A stretch of 64,000 nt of DNA from Bdellovibrionales bacterium (GTDB lineage: Bacteria; Bdellovibrionota; Bdellovibrionia; Bdellovibrionales; UBA1609). Position numbers and translations under genes: made by a program. The notes beneath the pieces are model-generated. The model was not told where the DNA came from. It saw only the letters and a program-made list of their open reading frames with translations, and ran no database searches. How positions within the stretch are numbered: position 1 is the stretch's first letter; every line of letters begins with the position of its first letter. The stretch lies in contig CBDBIB010000002.1 in assembly GCA_965205945.1 (NCBI GenBank), positions 160,001-224,000 of the forward strand, written 5' to 3'. Shown piece by piece: positions 19,601-28,470 of the stretch.

Positions 19601-22600
19601 CTAGTGGAAGGGTTGGGGTTGGTAAGGCTAGTCCTGAGGCTTTATTAGACGTTGCTGGAACAGCAAGAATAACACAAATTTGTGATGAAAGAGGAGCAAA
19701 TTGTAAGAATGTGTCTGAAGGTTGGAGTTTAGCAAGTCTGGCGGCAAACACAGTGACCTACACTCCATTTGGAAACATTCAGGCTACAGATGTAGAAGGT
19801 GCACTTAATGAACTTGAATCTAGAAAAGCTCCAATAACTAGAACTATTACAACGGCTTTAAACAGTGGATTAAGTGGAGGTGGAGATTTATCGACTGATA
19901 GAAGTTTAAGTGTAGACATTAACAAAACTACAGAAAAAACTACGGCTGATTCTTTAGACAGTGTTTTAATATATGATGTTTCTCAAAGTGGTCTTAAAAA
20001 AATAACACATTCAAACTTTTTAAACGGTTATTTAAAAGCCTCTTTAGGAAAAAGTCGAGGCAACGCAATGGATGCTGGTGGAGTGCCTAGTTGTGAAAGC
20101 AATGAAAAACTTCAAATGAGTGAAGGTCCTATTTATTCCTGGTCATGTGAAGTTGATCAAAACACAAGTCTTTTAGGAAGCCAGGCTCAAGGGGATCTTA
20201 CAGGAACCTACCCAAACCCTAGTCTTACACCAACGGGTGTAACCCCAGGGACGTACCCAAAAGTTAGAGTTGATGTTAAAGGAAGAGTGGTTGAGGGTTT
20301 AAGTTTATTAAAATCTGATATACCAGATTTAAATGGAGAAAAGATCACTTCAGGAACCATTAGCACAGCTAGATTAGATGTTGGCACAGGGAGTAATCAG
20401 CTTGTTAAGCTTGATAGCTCTTTAAGACTGCCTGCTGTTGATGGAAGTCGGCTTATAAACTTACCAAGCAGTGCTGATAATATGGGAGATAGTATAGCTC
20501 GATTAAATATAAATCTTAACCAAAATTATTTAAGTGGAGACGGTGATAATGAGGGAATTATTATTGATGCTAGTGGAAGGGTTGGAGTTGGTAAGGCTAG
20601 TCCTGAGGCTTTATTAGACGTTGCTGGAACAGCAAGAATAACACAAATTTGTGATGAAAGAGGAGCAAATTGTAAGGATGTGTCTGAAGGTTGGAGTTTA
20701 GCAAGTCTAGCGGCAAACACGGTGACCTACACTCCATTTGGAAACATTCAGGCTACAGATGTAGAAGGTGCACTTAATGAACTTGAATCTAGAAAAGCTC
20801 CAATAACTAGAACTATTAGAACGGCTTTAAACAGTGGATTAAGTGGAGGTGGAGATTTATCAACTAATAGAAGTTTAAGTGTAGACATTAACGGAACTAC
20901 AGAAAAAACTACGGCTGATTCTTTAGACAGTGTTTTAATGTATGATGTTTCTCAAAGTGGTCTTAAAAAAATAACACATTCAAACTTTTTAAACGGTTAT
21001 TTAAAAGCCTCTTTAGGAAAAAATGCAGGCAACGCAATGGATGCTGGTGGGGTGCCTAGTTGTGAAAGCAATGAAAAACTTCAAATGAGTAATGGCCCTA
21101 TTTATTTATGGTCATGTGTGACAGACACAAGTCTTTTAGGAAGCCAGGCTCAAGGGGATCTTACAGGAACCTACCCGAACCCTAGTCTTATACCAACGGG
21201 TGTAACCCAAGGGACGTACCCAAAAGTTAGAGTTGATGTTAAAGGAAGAGTGGTTGAGGGTTTAAGTTTATTAAAATCTGATATACCAGATTTAAATGGA
21301 GAAAAGATCACTTCAGGAACCATTAGCACAGCTAGATTAGATGTTGGCACAGGGAGCAATCAGCTTATTAAGCTTGATAGCTCTTTAAGACTGCCTGCTG
21401 TTGATGGAAGTCGGCTTATAAACTTACCAAGCAGTGCTGATAATATGGGAGATGGCAGGGCTCGATTAAATATAAATCTTAACCAAAATTATTTAAGTGG
21501 AGACGGCGATGATGAAGGAATCACTATTAACAATAATGGTGATGTTTCTGTCTCTGGAAGCATTTCTACTCCAGGATCTATTAGTACATCTACTGTTACA
21601 TTTTTAAAAAAAGTTGGAACAGTTACAACCCCTTGTGACAGTTTAACTGAGGGTACTTTAAGGTATAATTCTTTAGGAAAAAAACTGGAGTTTTGCGATG
21701 GGGTAGTGTGGAAAACTTTTTTAAGTAACAATGATCCAACAATTTCTATTACAAACTCTTTAAGTGGATCTTACATTAATTCTATTAATGAGGGAGGTTT
21801 TAGGGTTTTAGGAACATGTTCTGAAAATGGTGAGCTTATCACATTCTCACATGGTACAAGCTTTATTACTTGTTCTAATAAAAGCTTTAGTGGTGATATT
21901 GATTTTTCAAGCCTAAGTGATGGTCCACTTTCACTAACTGCTAGTATCACAAACATTGCTGGAAATTCTAAAACTTCAGGTGTTTTAAATCTAATAAAAG
22001 ATACTAAACCCCCTATTGTCAGTATTGGAAGCCATATAATAAGCAGTTCAAATTCTATAGACTTTCCCATAACTGTAAGCCAAGACTTTAGTAGTATAAA
22101 CCTAGAAAAGAGCAATGTCAGCCTTACTGGAGCTACTACAGGTTGCACAGTTTTAGTAACAAATGGAACAACTATTAATCCAAGTATTAGGATTTCAGAC
22201 TGCAGTGATGAAACCGGAAATATTCAAATTACAATCGCCTCTGGTGTTGCACAAGATGCAGCCGGAAACCTGTCTGATGTAGTTAGTTTAAGCACTGAAA
22301 TACAAAATTTAGGAACCCCTTTTACAGCTAAATTTAGAATTTATGGTAGTGATTTGAATTTAAATCTTAGGTTAAATTCTTCTTATACATATAACTTTAT
22401 GGTTAATTGGGGGGATGGAACCTCGGGAGTTGTTACTTCATCAAGTGATTTAGATAAAAATCATACTTATTCATCTTCAGGGACTTATATAGTTAAAATC
22501 ACTGGGCGCTGCCCATATCTTAACTTTCGTGATAGCGAGCAAATAATTGAGGTTACAGAATTAGGAGACACAGGGTGGGAAAGTTTTAGTTATATGTTTT

Positions 22601-23565
22601 ATAAAGCAGATAACTTAACTCTTGTTAATGGTGGCTCAACTAGACATGTTACTAGTATGAACTCTATGTTTTCTTATGCAGCTTTAGCTAACCCTGACAC
22701 CTCTAACTGGGACACTTCTAAGGTTACTAGTATGGGCTATATGTTTTCTTATGCAGCTTTAGCTAACCCTGACACCTCTAACTGGGACACTTCTAAGGTT
22801 ACTAATATGAGCTGGATGTTTTATGATGCAGCTTTAGCTAACCCTGACACCTCTGACTGGGACACTTCTAAGGTTACTGATATGGGCTTGATGTTTTATG
22901 ATGCAGCTTTAGCTAACCCTGACACCTCTAACTGGGACACTTCTAAGGTTACTGCTATGAACTCTATGTTTTATAATGCAGATTTAGCTAACCCTGACAC
23001 CTCTGACTGGGACACTTCTAAGGTTACTGATATGGGCTTTATGTTTTCTTATGCAGCTTTAGCTAACCCTGACACCTCTAACTGGGACACTTCTAAGGTT
23101 ACTAATATGGGCTTGATGTTTTATAATGCAGATTTAGCTAACCCTGACACCTCTGACTGGGACACTTCTAAGGTTACTAATATGTATCAGATGTTTTATA
23201 ATGCAGCTTTAGCTAACCCTGACACCTCTAACTGGGACACTTCTAAGGTTACTAATATGGGCTTGATGTTTTATAATGCAGATTTAGCTAACCCTGACAC
23301 CTCTGACTGGGACACTTCTAAGGTTACTCGTATGGGCTATATGTTTTATAATGCAGATTTAGCTAACCCTGACACCTCTGACTGGGACACTTCTAAGGTT
23401 ACTGATATGGAGAGTATGTTTAATAATGCAGCTTCTTTTGATCAAGACATCAGTTCATGGAATGTTTCTAACGTTGTCTATTGCGAGAGTTTTTCAAGCC
23501 GAACTTTAACTTCTTGGACTCGTGCTGAAAAACCTAATTTTACACGTTGTAGCCCTGGTTATTAA
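16630..23565 (+). CDS. Giant mosaic fibre-like surface adhesin: signal peptide, Bdellovibrio fibre-type N-domain, repeated tail-fibre stalk, Ig/PKD-like domains, DUF285/BspA repeat tip (true start probably 16660 or later)
   Basis: FQGQIVKPNG..LE..NVSF N-domain; GDLTGTYPNP, VDVKGRV, KITSGTISTARL, LPAVDGSRL, GLSGGGDLS fibre motifs; VNWGDG PKD-like; WDTSKVTxMxxMF repeats. Confidence 0.85.
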   Translation: MLSFSSEIYNMYRVYDLLKNFIEIGVKALTFFTILLLTPHSLATPSSFVFQGQIVKPNGDALEENNVSFLVQVLSSMDHCLLYEESFNLNMIGSKGVFNLNVGSGINTGNGGLTNLSKALDNSFLNNKSLSCAFGSSYTPTLNDTRRLRVTFDHGSGPLTLTNDHIIHSVPYAQYAGKLGGKAVNDFIQVSRGVTQSNLETVFDNDANQRELMALINGSSNQYSPLSISGASSLPSFSSSHPPPNSQAGDIWYNSTNNQIMYYNGSAATVVGKGSGTVTSITAGSGLSGGTITNSGTILIAPGGVLNSHLASGIHANKITSGILPSSVVPTGTDNTKLPLTGGVLLGDLNFNNNQILNTSHIMQNPGSTMTLGSYTNLEEVSLLGSMNMSNAGATWYNSDSGALKYWNGVSLEVLSTLSSASSVLVNAPLTSSGGSNPTISINLGRGLYNNSGNIDLDLDSSGGLEFNINKLKVKVGSGLKITPRGLEADIGSGLGQLMQVDTLPVCTSGEKIQRNPGAIISYSCVADIDTDTDTSLLGSQAQGDLTGTYPNPSLTPTGVTQGAYPKVRVDVKGRVVEGLSLLKSDIPDLNGEKITSGIISTARLDVGTGSNQLIKLDSSLRLPAVDGSRLINLPSSADNMGDGIARLNINLNQNYLSGDGDNEGIIIDASGRVGVGKASPEALLDVAGTARITQICDERGANCKDVSEGWSLASLAANTVTYTPFGNIQATDVEGALNELESRKAPITRTIRTALNSGLSGGGDLSTDRSLSVDINKTTEKTTADSLDSVLMYDVSQSGLKKITHSNFLNGYLKASLGTSRGNAMDAGGVPSCEANEKLQMSEGPIYLWSCVTDTSLLGSQAQGDLTGTYPNPSLTPTGVTQGAYPKVRVDVKGRVVEGLSLLKSDIPDLNGEKITSGTISTARLDVGTGSNQLIKLDSSLRLPAVDGSRLINLPSSADNMGDSIARLNISLNQNYLSGDGDNEGIIIDASGRVGVGKASPEALLDVAGTARITQICDERGANCKNVSEGWSLASLAANTVTYTPFGNIQATDVEGALNELESRKAPITRTITTALNSGLSGGGDLSTDRSLSVDINKTTEKTTADSLDSVLIYDVSQSGLKKITHSNFLNGYLKASLGKSRGNAMDAGGVPSCESNEKLQMSEGPIYSWSCEVDQNTSLLGSQAQGDLTGTYPNPSLTPTGVTPGTYPKVRVDVKGRVVEGLSLLKSDIPDLNGEKITSGTISTARLDVGTGSNQLVKLDSSLRLPAVDGSRLINLPSSADNMGDSIARLNINLNQNYLSGDGDNEGIIIDASGRVGVGKASPEALLDVAGTARITQICDERGANCKDVSEGWSLASLAANTVTYTPFGNIQATDVEGALNELESRKAPITRTIRTALNSGLSGGGDLSTNRSLSVDINGTTEKTTADSLDSVLMYDVSQSGLKKITHSNFLNGYLKASLGKNAGNAMDAGGVPSCESNEKLQMSNGPIYLWSCVTDTSLLGSQAQGDLTGTYPNPSLIPTGVTQGTYPKVRVDVKGRVVEGLSLLKSDIPDLNGEKITSGTISTARLDVGTGSNQLIKLDSSLRLPAVDGSRLINLPSSADNMGDGRARLNINLNQNYLSGDGDDEGITINNNGDVSVSGSISTPGSISTSTVTFLKKVGTVTTPCDSLTEGTLRYNSLGKKLEFCDGVVWKTFLSNNDPTISITNSLSGSYINSINEGGFRVLGTCSENGELITFSHGTSFITCSNKSFSGDIDFSSLSDGPLSLTASITNIAGNSKTSGVLNLIKDTKPPIVSIGSHIISSSNSIDFPITVSQDFSSINLEKSNVSLTGATTGCTVLVTNGTTINPSIRISDCSDETGNIQITIASGVAQDAAGNLSDVVSLSTEIQNLGTPFTAKFRIYGSDLNLNLRLNSSYTYNFMVNWGDGTSGVVTSSSDLDKNHTYSSSGTYIVKITGRCPYLNFRDSEQIIEVTELGDTGWESFSYMFYKADNLTLVNGGSTRHVTSMNSMFSYAALANPDTSNWDTSKVTSMGYMFSYAALANPDTSNWDTSKVTNMSWMFYDAALANPDTSDWDTSKVTDMGLMFYDAALANPDTSNWDTSKVTAMNSMFYNADLANPDTSDWDTSKVTDMGFMFSYAALANPDTSNWDTSKVTNMGLMFYNADLANPDTSDWDTSKVTNMYQMFYNAALANPDTSNWDTSKVTNMGLMFYNADLANPDTSDWDTSKVTRMGYMFYNADLANPDTSDWDTSKVTDMESMFNNAASFDQDISSWNVSNVVYCESFSSRTLTSWTRAEKPNFTRCSPGY
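18229..21520 (+). repeat. Intragenic tandem repeat, about 3.4 copies of a 963-969-bp (321-323 aa) unit
   Basis: Unit starts (g/a)acacaagtcttttaggaagcc at 18229, 19192, 20161, 21124; copies nearly identical. Confidence 0.97.
22648..23472 (+). repeat. DUF285/BspA (PARCEL-type) array: 10 full 75-bp units plus one divergent capping unit
   Basis: gttact recurs every 75 bp from 22648 to 23398; unit VTxMxxMFxxA(A/D)LANPDTS(N/D)WDTSK. Confidence 0.97.
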
Positions 23566-23828
23566 TTTATTTTTTTTTGATGAATAGAAGAGCTTACTTT
23601 AAGAGATCTGCTTTATGTAAGACAGTACCCTTTTTTAACAAGCTCACTAAAGGTTTTATGGCAATTAATTTTATTATTATAAATAACAATGAGGCTAAGA
23701 GTCTCTACAACGAATATTTCAATGCAAAGATTTGATTGTATAAGCGGATGTAGAAAAACAAAAAAATGAGGTGTTTAAAGATTTCCTAATTTCTACAAAT
23801 CTGTTGTAAGATAACCCGAAGAAGATCA

Positions 23829-23987
23829 CCTATTTGATAAACTGTTACTGAGGAATAAGATATATTGTTAAGACTGTTTTGTCAGTATTAACAGTATATT
23901 GTCTGTGCCCTTTTAAACCATCAATCCATATTCAAAAACCCACAAAAATAGAATGTTACAGCAGATTTAAAAAGTTCGAATTCGGGT
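23829..23987 (+). mobile_element. Internally deleted IS982-family relic with right end
   Basis: Inverted homolog of 15117-15346 lacking about 70 bp; LFDKLLLR...YCLCPFKPSIH; ends GAATTCGGGT. Confidence 0.75.
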
Positions 23988-24097
23988 TAGTAATGTTAAT
24001 TGAATGAAATAATCCTTAAAAAGAATTTTCTAAAAGTCTTTATTATTTTTTTTAATTCTAATTTAGGAGTTTTTTTATAAGGTTAGTATAAAATATT

Positions 24098-24706
24098 TTA
24101 TTCAAAAGGAGCTTTTATAATGCCTTTTGCAAGTTCAATAGTCTTAAATTTATTATTTTTAATTTTAAAAACTCCAAGATTTGTAATTACTTTTGAGACG
24201 CAGCCAACACCTGTTAAGGGTAGAGTACATTTTTTTAAAAGTTTTGAGTTTCCTTTTTTATCTGTGTGTTGCATGACTACGATTACTTTTTTTGAAGAAG
24301 CAACTAGGTCCATGGCTCCTCCCATGCCTTTAACCATTTTTCCAGGAATCATCCAGTTAGCGATGTCGCCATTTTCTGCAACTTGCATAGCACCTAAAAT
24401 AGTTAAGTCTACATGCTGACCTCTAATCATTGCAAAGCTTTCTGCTGAATCAAAAAATGAAGCTCCAGGAACAGCTGTTACTGTTTGTTTTCCTGCATTG
24501 ATAAGATCGGCTTGGACATCTTCATCTTTTGGGAAAGGTCCCATTCCTAGCAAACCATTTTCACTTTGCAAAAGAACAGATTTTGTCTGAGGAATAAAGT
24601 TTGAGACTAGAGTAGGAATACCAATTCCTAGGTTTACTGTAAACCCATCTTTAATCTCTTGAGCAGCTTTCATTGCCATTTGATCTCTTGTCCATCCTTG
24701 AGTCAT
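24098..24706 (-). CDS. scoB: 3-oxoacid CoA-transferase subunit B
   Basis: [25 protein letters not shown] motifs. Confidence 0.94.
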   Translation of the reverse strand: MTQGWTRDQMAMKAAQEIKDGFTVNLGIGIPTLVSNFIPQTKSVLLQSENGLLGMGPFPKDEDVQADLINAGKQTVTAVPGASFFDSAESFAMIRGQHVDLTILGAMQVAENGDIANWMIPGKMVKGMGGAMDLVASSKKVIVVMQHTDKKGNSKLLKKCTLPLTGVGCVSKVITNLGVFKIKNNKFKTIELAKGIIKAPFE

Positions 24707-25401
24707 GGTTCACTCCTTACAGTTCTTTGCTCTATGCGTTTTTCAAATTTTTCACCTTTAATAACTCTTTGAACGTAGATTCCTGGAACATGCACTTGAT
24801 CAGGATTTATTAAACCAATAGGTACAATTTCTTCAACCTCTGCAACAGTTATCGTTCCAGCTTTTGCCATAATAGGGTTAAAGTTAGCAGCAGTTTTATT
24901 AAAAATTAAGTTTCCATAGGCATCAGCTTTTTGAGCTTTTATGAAAGCAAAATCAGCATGAAGAGCTTTTTCTAAAATGTAAGTTCGTCCATTAAAGATT
25001 TTATGTTCTTTGTCTTCAGCTACTTTTGTTCCAACACCGGTTGCCGTGTAAAACCCTGGAATTCCAGCTCCACCAGCTCTTATTTTTTCAGCTAAAGTTC
25101 CTTGTGGAGTAAGTTCTACGTCTAAAACTCCAGATAAAAATTGTTCTGCAAAAAGTTTATTTTCTCCAACATAACTTGAGATCATTTTTTTTATTTGTTT
25201 TGTTTCTAGTAAAAGCCCCAAACCAAAACCGTCAATACCAGCGTTATTTGATATGCAAGTTAGGCCGGTGACGCCAGATTGTTTAAGTGCAGCTATGGCA
25301 TTTTCTGGAATGCCACAAAGACCAAATCCTCCAACCATTAAAGTCATATTATTTTTTACACCTTTAATAGCTTCATTAATTGAATTTACAACCTTATTCA
25401 T
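24703..25401 (-). CDS. scoA: 3-oxoacid CoA-transferase subunit A
   Basis: [31 protein letters not shown] motifs. Confidence 0.94.
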   Translation of the reverse strand: MNKVVNSINEAIKGVKNNMTLMVGGFGLCGIPENAIAALKQSGVTGLTCISNNAGIDGFGLGLLLETKQIKKMISSYVGENKLFAEQFLSGVLDVELTPQGTLAEKIRAGGAGIPGFYTATGVGTKVAEDKEHKIFNGRTYILEKALHADFAFIKAQKADAYGNLIFNKTAANFNPIMAKAGTITVAEVEEIVPIGLINPDQVHVPGIYVQRVIKGEKFEKRIEQRTVRSEP

Positions 25402-25409
25402 GCTTTCTC

Positions 25410-26585
25410 CTATATTCTTTCAACTAACACAGCCACAGCTTCTCCACCACCAATGCAAATACTGGCTATTCCAAATTGTTTATTTTGAGTGTGTAATGCG
25501 TTTATAAGAGTTGTAAAAATTCTTGCACCACTTGCTCCAATAGGGTGGCCAAGGGACACAGCTCCACCATGTACATTTACTTTTTCATTTGGTATAGCTA
25601 ATTCTTTTTGAGCAGCCATTGTTACTACAGCAAAAGCTTCATTTATCTCAAAAAGGTCTATATCAGAAACTGTTTTATTAGTTTTTTCTAAAAGACTTTT
25701 TATTGCAAAAATAGGTGCTGTTGTAAACCACTTAGGGTCTTGTGCAAAAGTTGTATAGTTAATAATTTTAGCCAAAGGTTTTACTAAAGTTTCAGATGAA
25801 AGGTTACTGTTTGCTAAAACTAATGCACAGGCGCCATCATTAATCTTACTTGCGTTTGCAGCAGTGATTGTGCCTCCTTTTTCAAAGGCAGGCTTTAAGC
25901 CTAATATTTTATCAAATCGAGCTTTTCTAGGCTCGTCATCTATTGCTATAAATGTTGATCTTTTATGATCTTTTATTTCAACTGGAATAAGCTCATTTTC
26001 AAAAAAACCTTTTTCTTGGGCCATTTGTGATTTTTTATAGCTTTTTATTGCAAATTGATCCTGTTCTTCACGGGTAAATGAGTACTCCTTAACACAGAGC
26101 TCAGCAGCATTGCCCATATGCCAATTATTATTAGGATCCCAAAGGCCATCTTTAAGCATAGTGTCTTCAATTTTAATATGACCCATGCGGTATCCTGTTC
26201 TTGAATTTGGTAAAATATGGGGAGTTAAAGACATGTTCTCCATTCCCCCAACAATTACAGCTTTAGTATGCCCAAGTCGTATAGAATCAGCCCCTAACAT
26301 CAGGGCTTTTAAACCTGAACCACAAACTTTATTAATAGTCATTGATGTAATGCTTTTGGGAAGATCTGCCGCAATAATAGCTTGTCTTGCAGGGGCCTGG
26401 CCTAAACCAGCTGTAAGAACGTTACCCATTATACATTCTCCAATAAGAGAAGGGTTAAAACCACTTTTTAAAACAGCTTCTTTAATGGCTATAGCTCCAA
26501 GCTGTGTAGCTGGTAGAGTAGAAAGAGAGCCACCAAAGGCTCCAATAGGTGTTCTTTTTGCTGAAAAAACAAGTATATCTAACAT
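25410..26585 (-). CDS. atoB: Acetyl-CoA C-acetyltransferase (thiolase)
   Basis: [25 protein letters not shown] motifs. Confidence 0.94.
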   Translation of the reverse strand: MLDILVFSAKRTPIGAFGGSLSTLPATQLGAIAIKEAVLKSGFNPSLIGECIMGNVLTAGLGQAPARQAIIAADLPKSITSMTINKVCGSGLKALMLGADSIRLGHTKAVIVGGMENMSLTPHILPNSRTGYRMGHIKIEDTMLKDGLWDPNNNWHMGNAAELCVKEYSFTREEQDQFAIKSYKKSQMAQEKGFFENELIPVEIKDHKRSTFIAIDDEPRKARFDKILGLKPAFEKGGTITAANASKINDGACALVLANSNLSSETLVKPLAKIINYTTFAQDPKWFTTAPIFAIKSLLEKTNKTVSDIDLFEINEAFAVVTMAAQKELAIPNEKVNVHGGAVSLGHPIGASGARIFTTLINALHTQNKQFGIASICIGGGEAVAVLVERI

Positions 26586-26723
26586 ATTTAGCTCCTGTAG
26601 TAAATTTTTTTAAGATGGTTCATGCTTGCGACCAAGAAAGAATCCTGTCATATTGATGGATATATTTAAAGTTAAAACGTATTAAATTTAATAAAATCTA
26701 TAATTTAATAATTTAGAGGGCAG

Positions 26724-27704
26724 ATGGCTACTAAAAAGAAAATAAAAAAGAAAAAAACTATTGTAAAGAAGAAAGTAGCTAGAAAGAAAGCTGGAGTAAA
26801 AGCAGTAATTAAGAAGAAAACAACAAAAAAAGCTAGTTTAAAAAAGAAGGCGACAAAAAAAAAGGTTGTTAGAAAAAAGGCTACTGCAAAAAAGAAAGTT
26901 GCTAGAAAAACCTTTGTGAAAAAAAAGGCTACTGCAAAAAAGAAAGTTGCTAGAAAAACCTTTGTGAAAAAAAAGGCTACTGCAAAAAAGAAAGTTGCTA
27001 GAAAAACCTTTGTGAAAAAAAAGGCTGCTGCAAAAAAGAAAGTTGCTAAAAAAGCTGTTCCTAAGAAAAAAAAAATAATTAAAAAAGTAGTACCAAAAAA
27101 AGTTAAAAGTAGGAAAAAGGTTGTAACTAAGAAAGTTATTACAAAGAAAAAAGTAACTAAAATAGTTAAAGAGCCTAAAAGTACTTTGGCTAAATCAGAC
27201 TTTAAGTTAGTAAAAAAGGCCGGTTTAAAGGTTGATGAAGCTTTAAGATCTAAAATTTTAAAAAAAGTTGGAAAAATTGTTAAGTCTTTTAAAACTTTAG
27301 AAGAAGCAAAGGCTATAACACAAGAAAAAATTACAGAGGCCTTGGCTAATATAGCAAGTGCTAAAAGTACAGGAACAGTGTCTATTACAGATGCAGAGGG
27401 TCGTATTTTATGTAGATCTGTTAATTGCGATCAAGTTTCAGTAGTTGAAGGGTATTGTCGATACCATTACTTATTGTATTGGAAGAAAATTCAGCTTAGA
27501 AGAAAAATTCTTTCAGAAGGGAAATTAGAAAAATACGTTCAAGAGCTTACAGCAAGATACCCAGATAAATACTTAGATATTTTATTAAAAGATTTAGCTT
27601 CAGAGAAAAGCTTTCAACAGACTTGTCATGAATTAGGTATTGGTGGTAGTGAGAATGAAATGGATCCTGATGATGAGAATAATGACAATGATCCTGATTT
27701 TTAG
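26724..27704 (+). CDS. Histone H1-like Lys/Ala-rich protein with C-terminal Cys/His domain and acidic tail
   Basis: About 150 aa of [17 protein letters not shown] sequence, then C-x4-C-x8-C-x2-H, then [13 protein letters not shown]. Confidence 0.8.
   Translation: MATKKKIKKKKTIVKKKVARKKAGVKAVIKKKTTKKASLKKKATKKKVVRKKATAKKKVARKTFVKKKATAKKKVARKTFVKKKATAKKKVARKTFVKKKAAAKKKVAKKAVPKKKKIIKKVVPKKVKSRKKVVTKKVITKKKVTKIVKEPKSTLAKSDFKLVKKAGLKVDEALRSKILKKVGKIVKSFKTLEEAKAITQEKITEALANIASAKSTGTVSITDAEGRILCRSVNCDQVSVVEGYCRYHYLLYWKKIQLRRKILSEGKLEKYVQELTARYPDKYLDILLKDLASEKSFQQTCHELGIGGSENEMDPDDENNDNDPDF
26871..27050 (+). repeat. 48-bp (16 aa) tandem repeat, 3 full copies plus a partial
   Basis: [16 protein letters not shown] units at 26871, 26919, 26967, 27015. 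Confidence 0.9.
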
Positions 27705-27811
27705 GAATGTTTAAATTAAAAATTATTTTAATTATAGAATATAATATATTTTATTTAAATGGCCTTGCTTGAGTACAAGTTTGTTAATTCTAAGTATTTT
27801 TAAAAAAGTGT

Positions 27812-28345
27812 TTATTTAAAAGTAAATTTAGAGTTTTGAAGAGTTTTAACAATTTTTTGAATTTCATCTGAATCTGAGGTATCTCCAATAATAAGTGTTT
27901 CTTTAGGTGGAGGTGTTTTGCTCTCATTTAAAAGTATATTAGCTTGAAGCTCTAGTTTTGTGTTTGTAGCATCAAATTTATAAAAAATATCAGATTTTTC
28001 ATTTATTAGATTCCAATAGTAGGAGAAATGTTCAAGGTTATTATTTTTAAAATAATCAGTAAAAAGCTTTTTGGTGCTAAAAACTAGGTTTTCTAAAGAG
28101 TTTATAACATTAGTTTTAGAGCTTGTGGTTTTAACTGAGGTGTCAAAATTTGTTTGTACTATGCTGTTGTTTTTAACGTAGCCTATGCGAAGTATGATTT
28201 CTCCCTGATAAATACGCCCGAAGGTAAAAAATGAACCTTCATTTGCGGGTTTTTTAAAGTCTTTTTTAAAACTGTCTTTAATGGCTTTAAGCAGCTCTAT
28301 GGGTAAGAGAGTATAGGCTGTGTTTCTTTTATTTCTTGGAGTGAT
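27812..28345 (-). CDS. Hypothetical protein, 177 aa, absent from the ORF track; apparent ATC start
   Basis: Open frame ITPRNKRNTAYTLLP...GRIYQGEIILRIGY...TNTKLELQANILL...FK*; AAGGAGG lies 5 nt before ATC. Confidence 0.8.
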   Translation of the reverse strand: MTPRNKRNTAYTLLPIELLKAIKDSFKKDFKKPANEGSFFTFGRIYQGEIILRIGYVKNNSIVQTNFDTSVKTTSSKTNVINSLENLVFSTKKLFTDYFKNNNLEHFSYYWNLINEKSDIFYKFDATNTKLELQANILLNESKTPPPKETLIIGDTSDSDEIQKIVKTLQNSKFTFK

Positions 28346-28470
28346 TAGAGCCTCCTTAACGCTACGCGCTAATAAGAAGTTTTTTATAGAAACATTTTTA
28401 GGGATCTTGGATAAAGAGTCAAGACATTGACCCTGTAAACCCTTAGATTTAATATCATTATGGAGGCTTT

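Noticed and set aside
17751..22148. Repeated antisense ORFs within the adhesin (and other shadow ORFs such as 910-1239, 26185-26613, 48874-49290, 63390-63695)
   Set aside because: Opposite-strand shadows of well-supported genes; recurrence just mirrors the tandem repeat
22648..23472. Repeat/variable pattern as a CRISPR array
   Set aside because: Strict 75-bp in-frame coding units inside a CDS, variable parts mutually related, no cas genes
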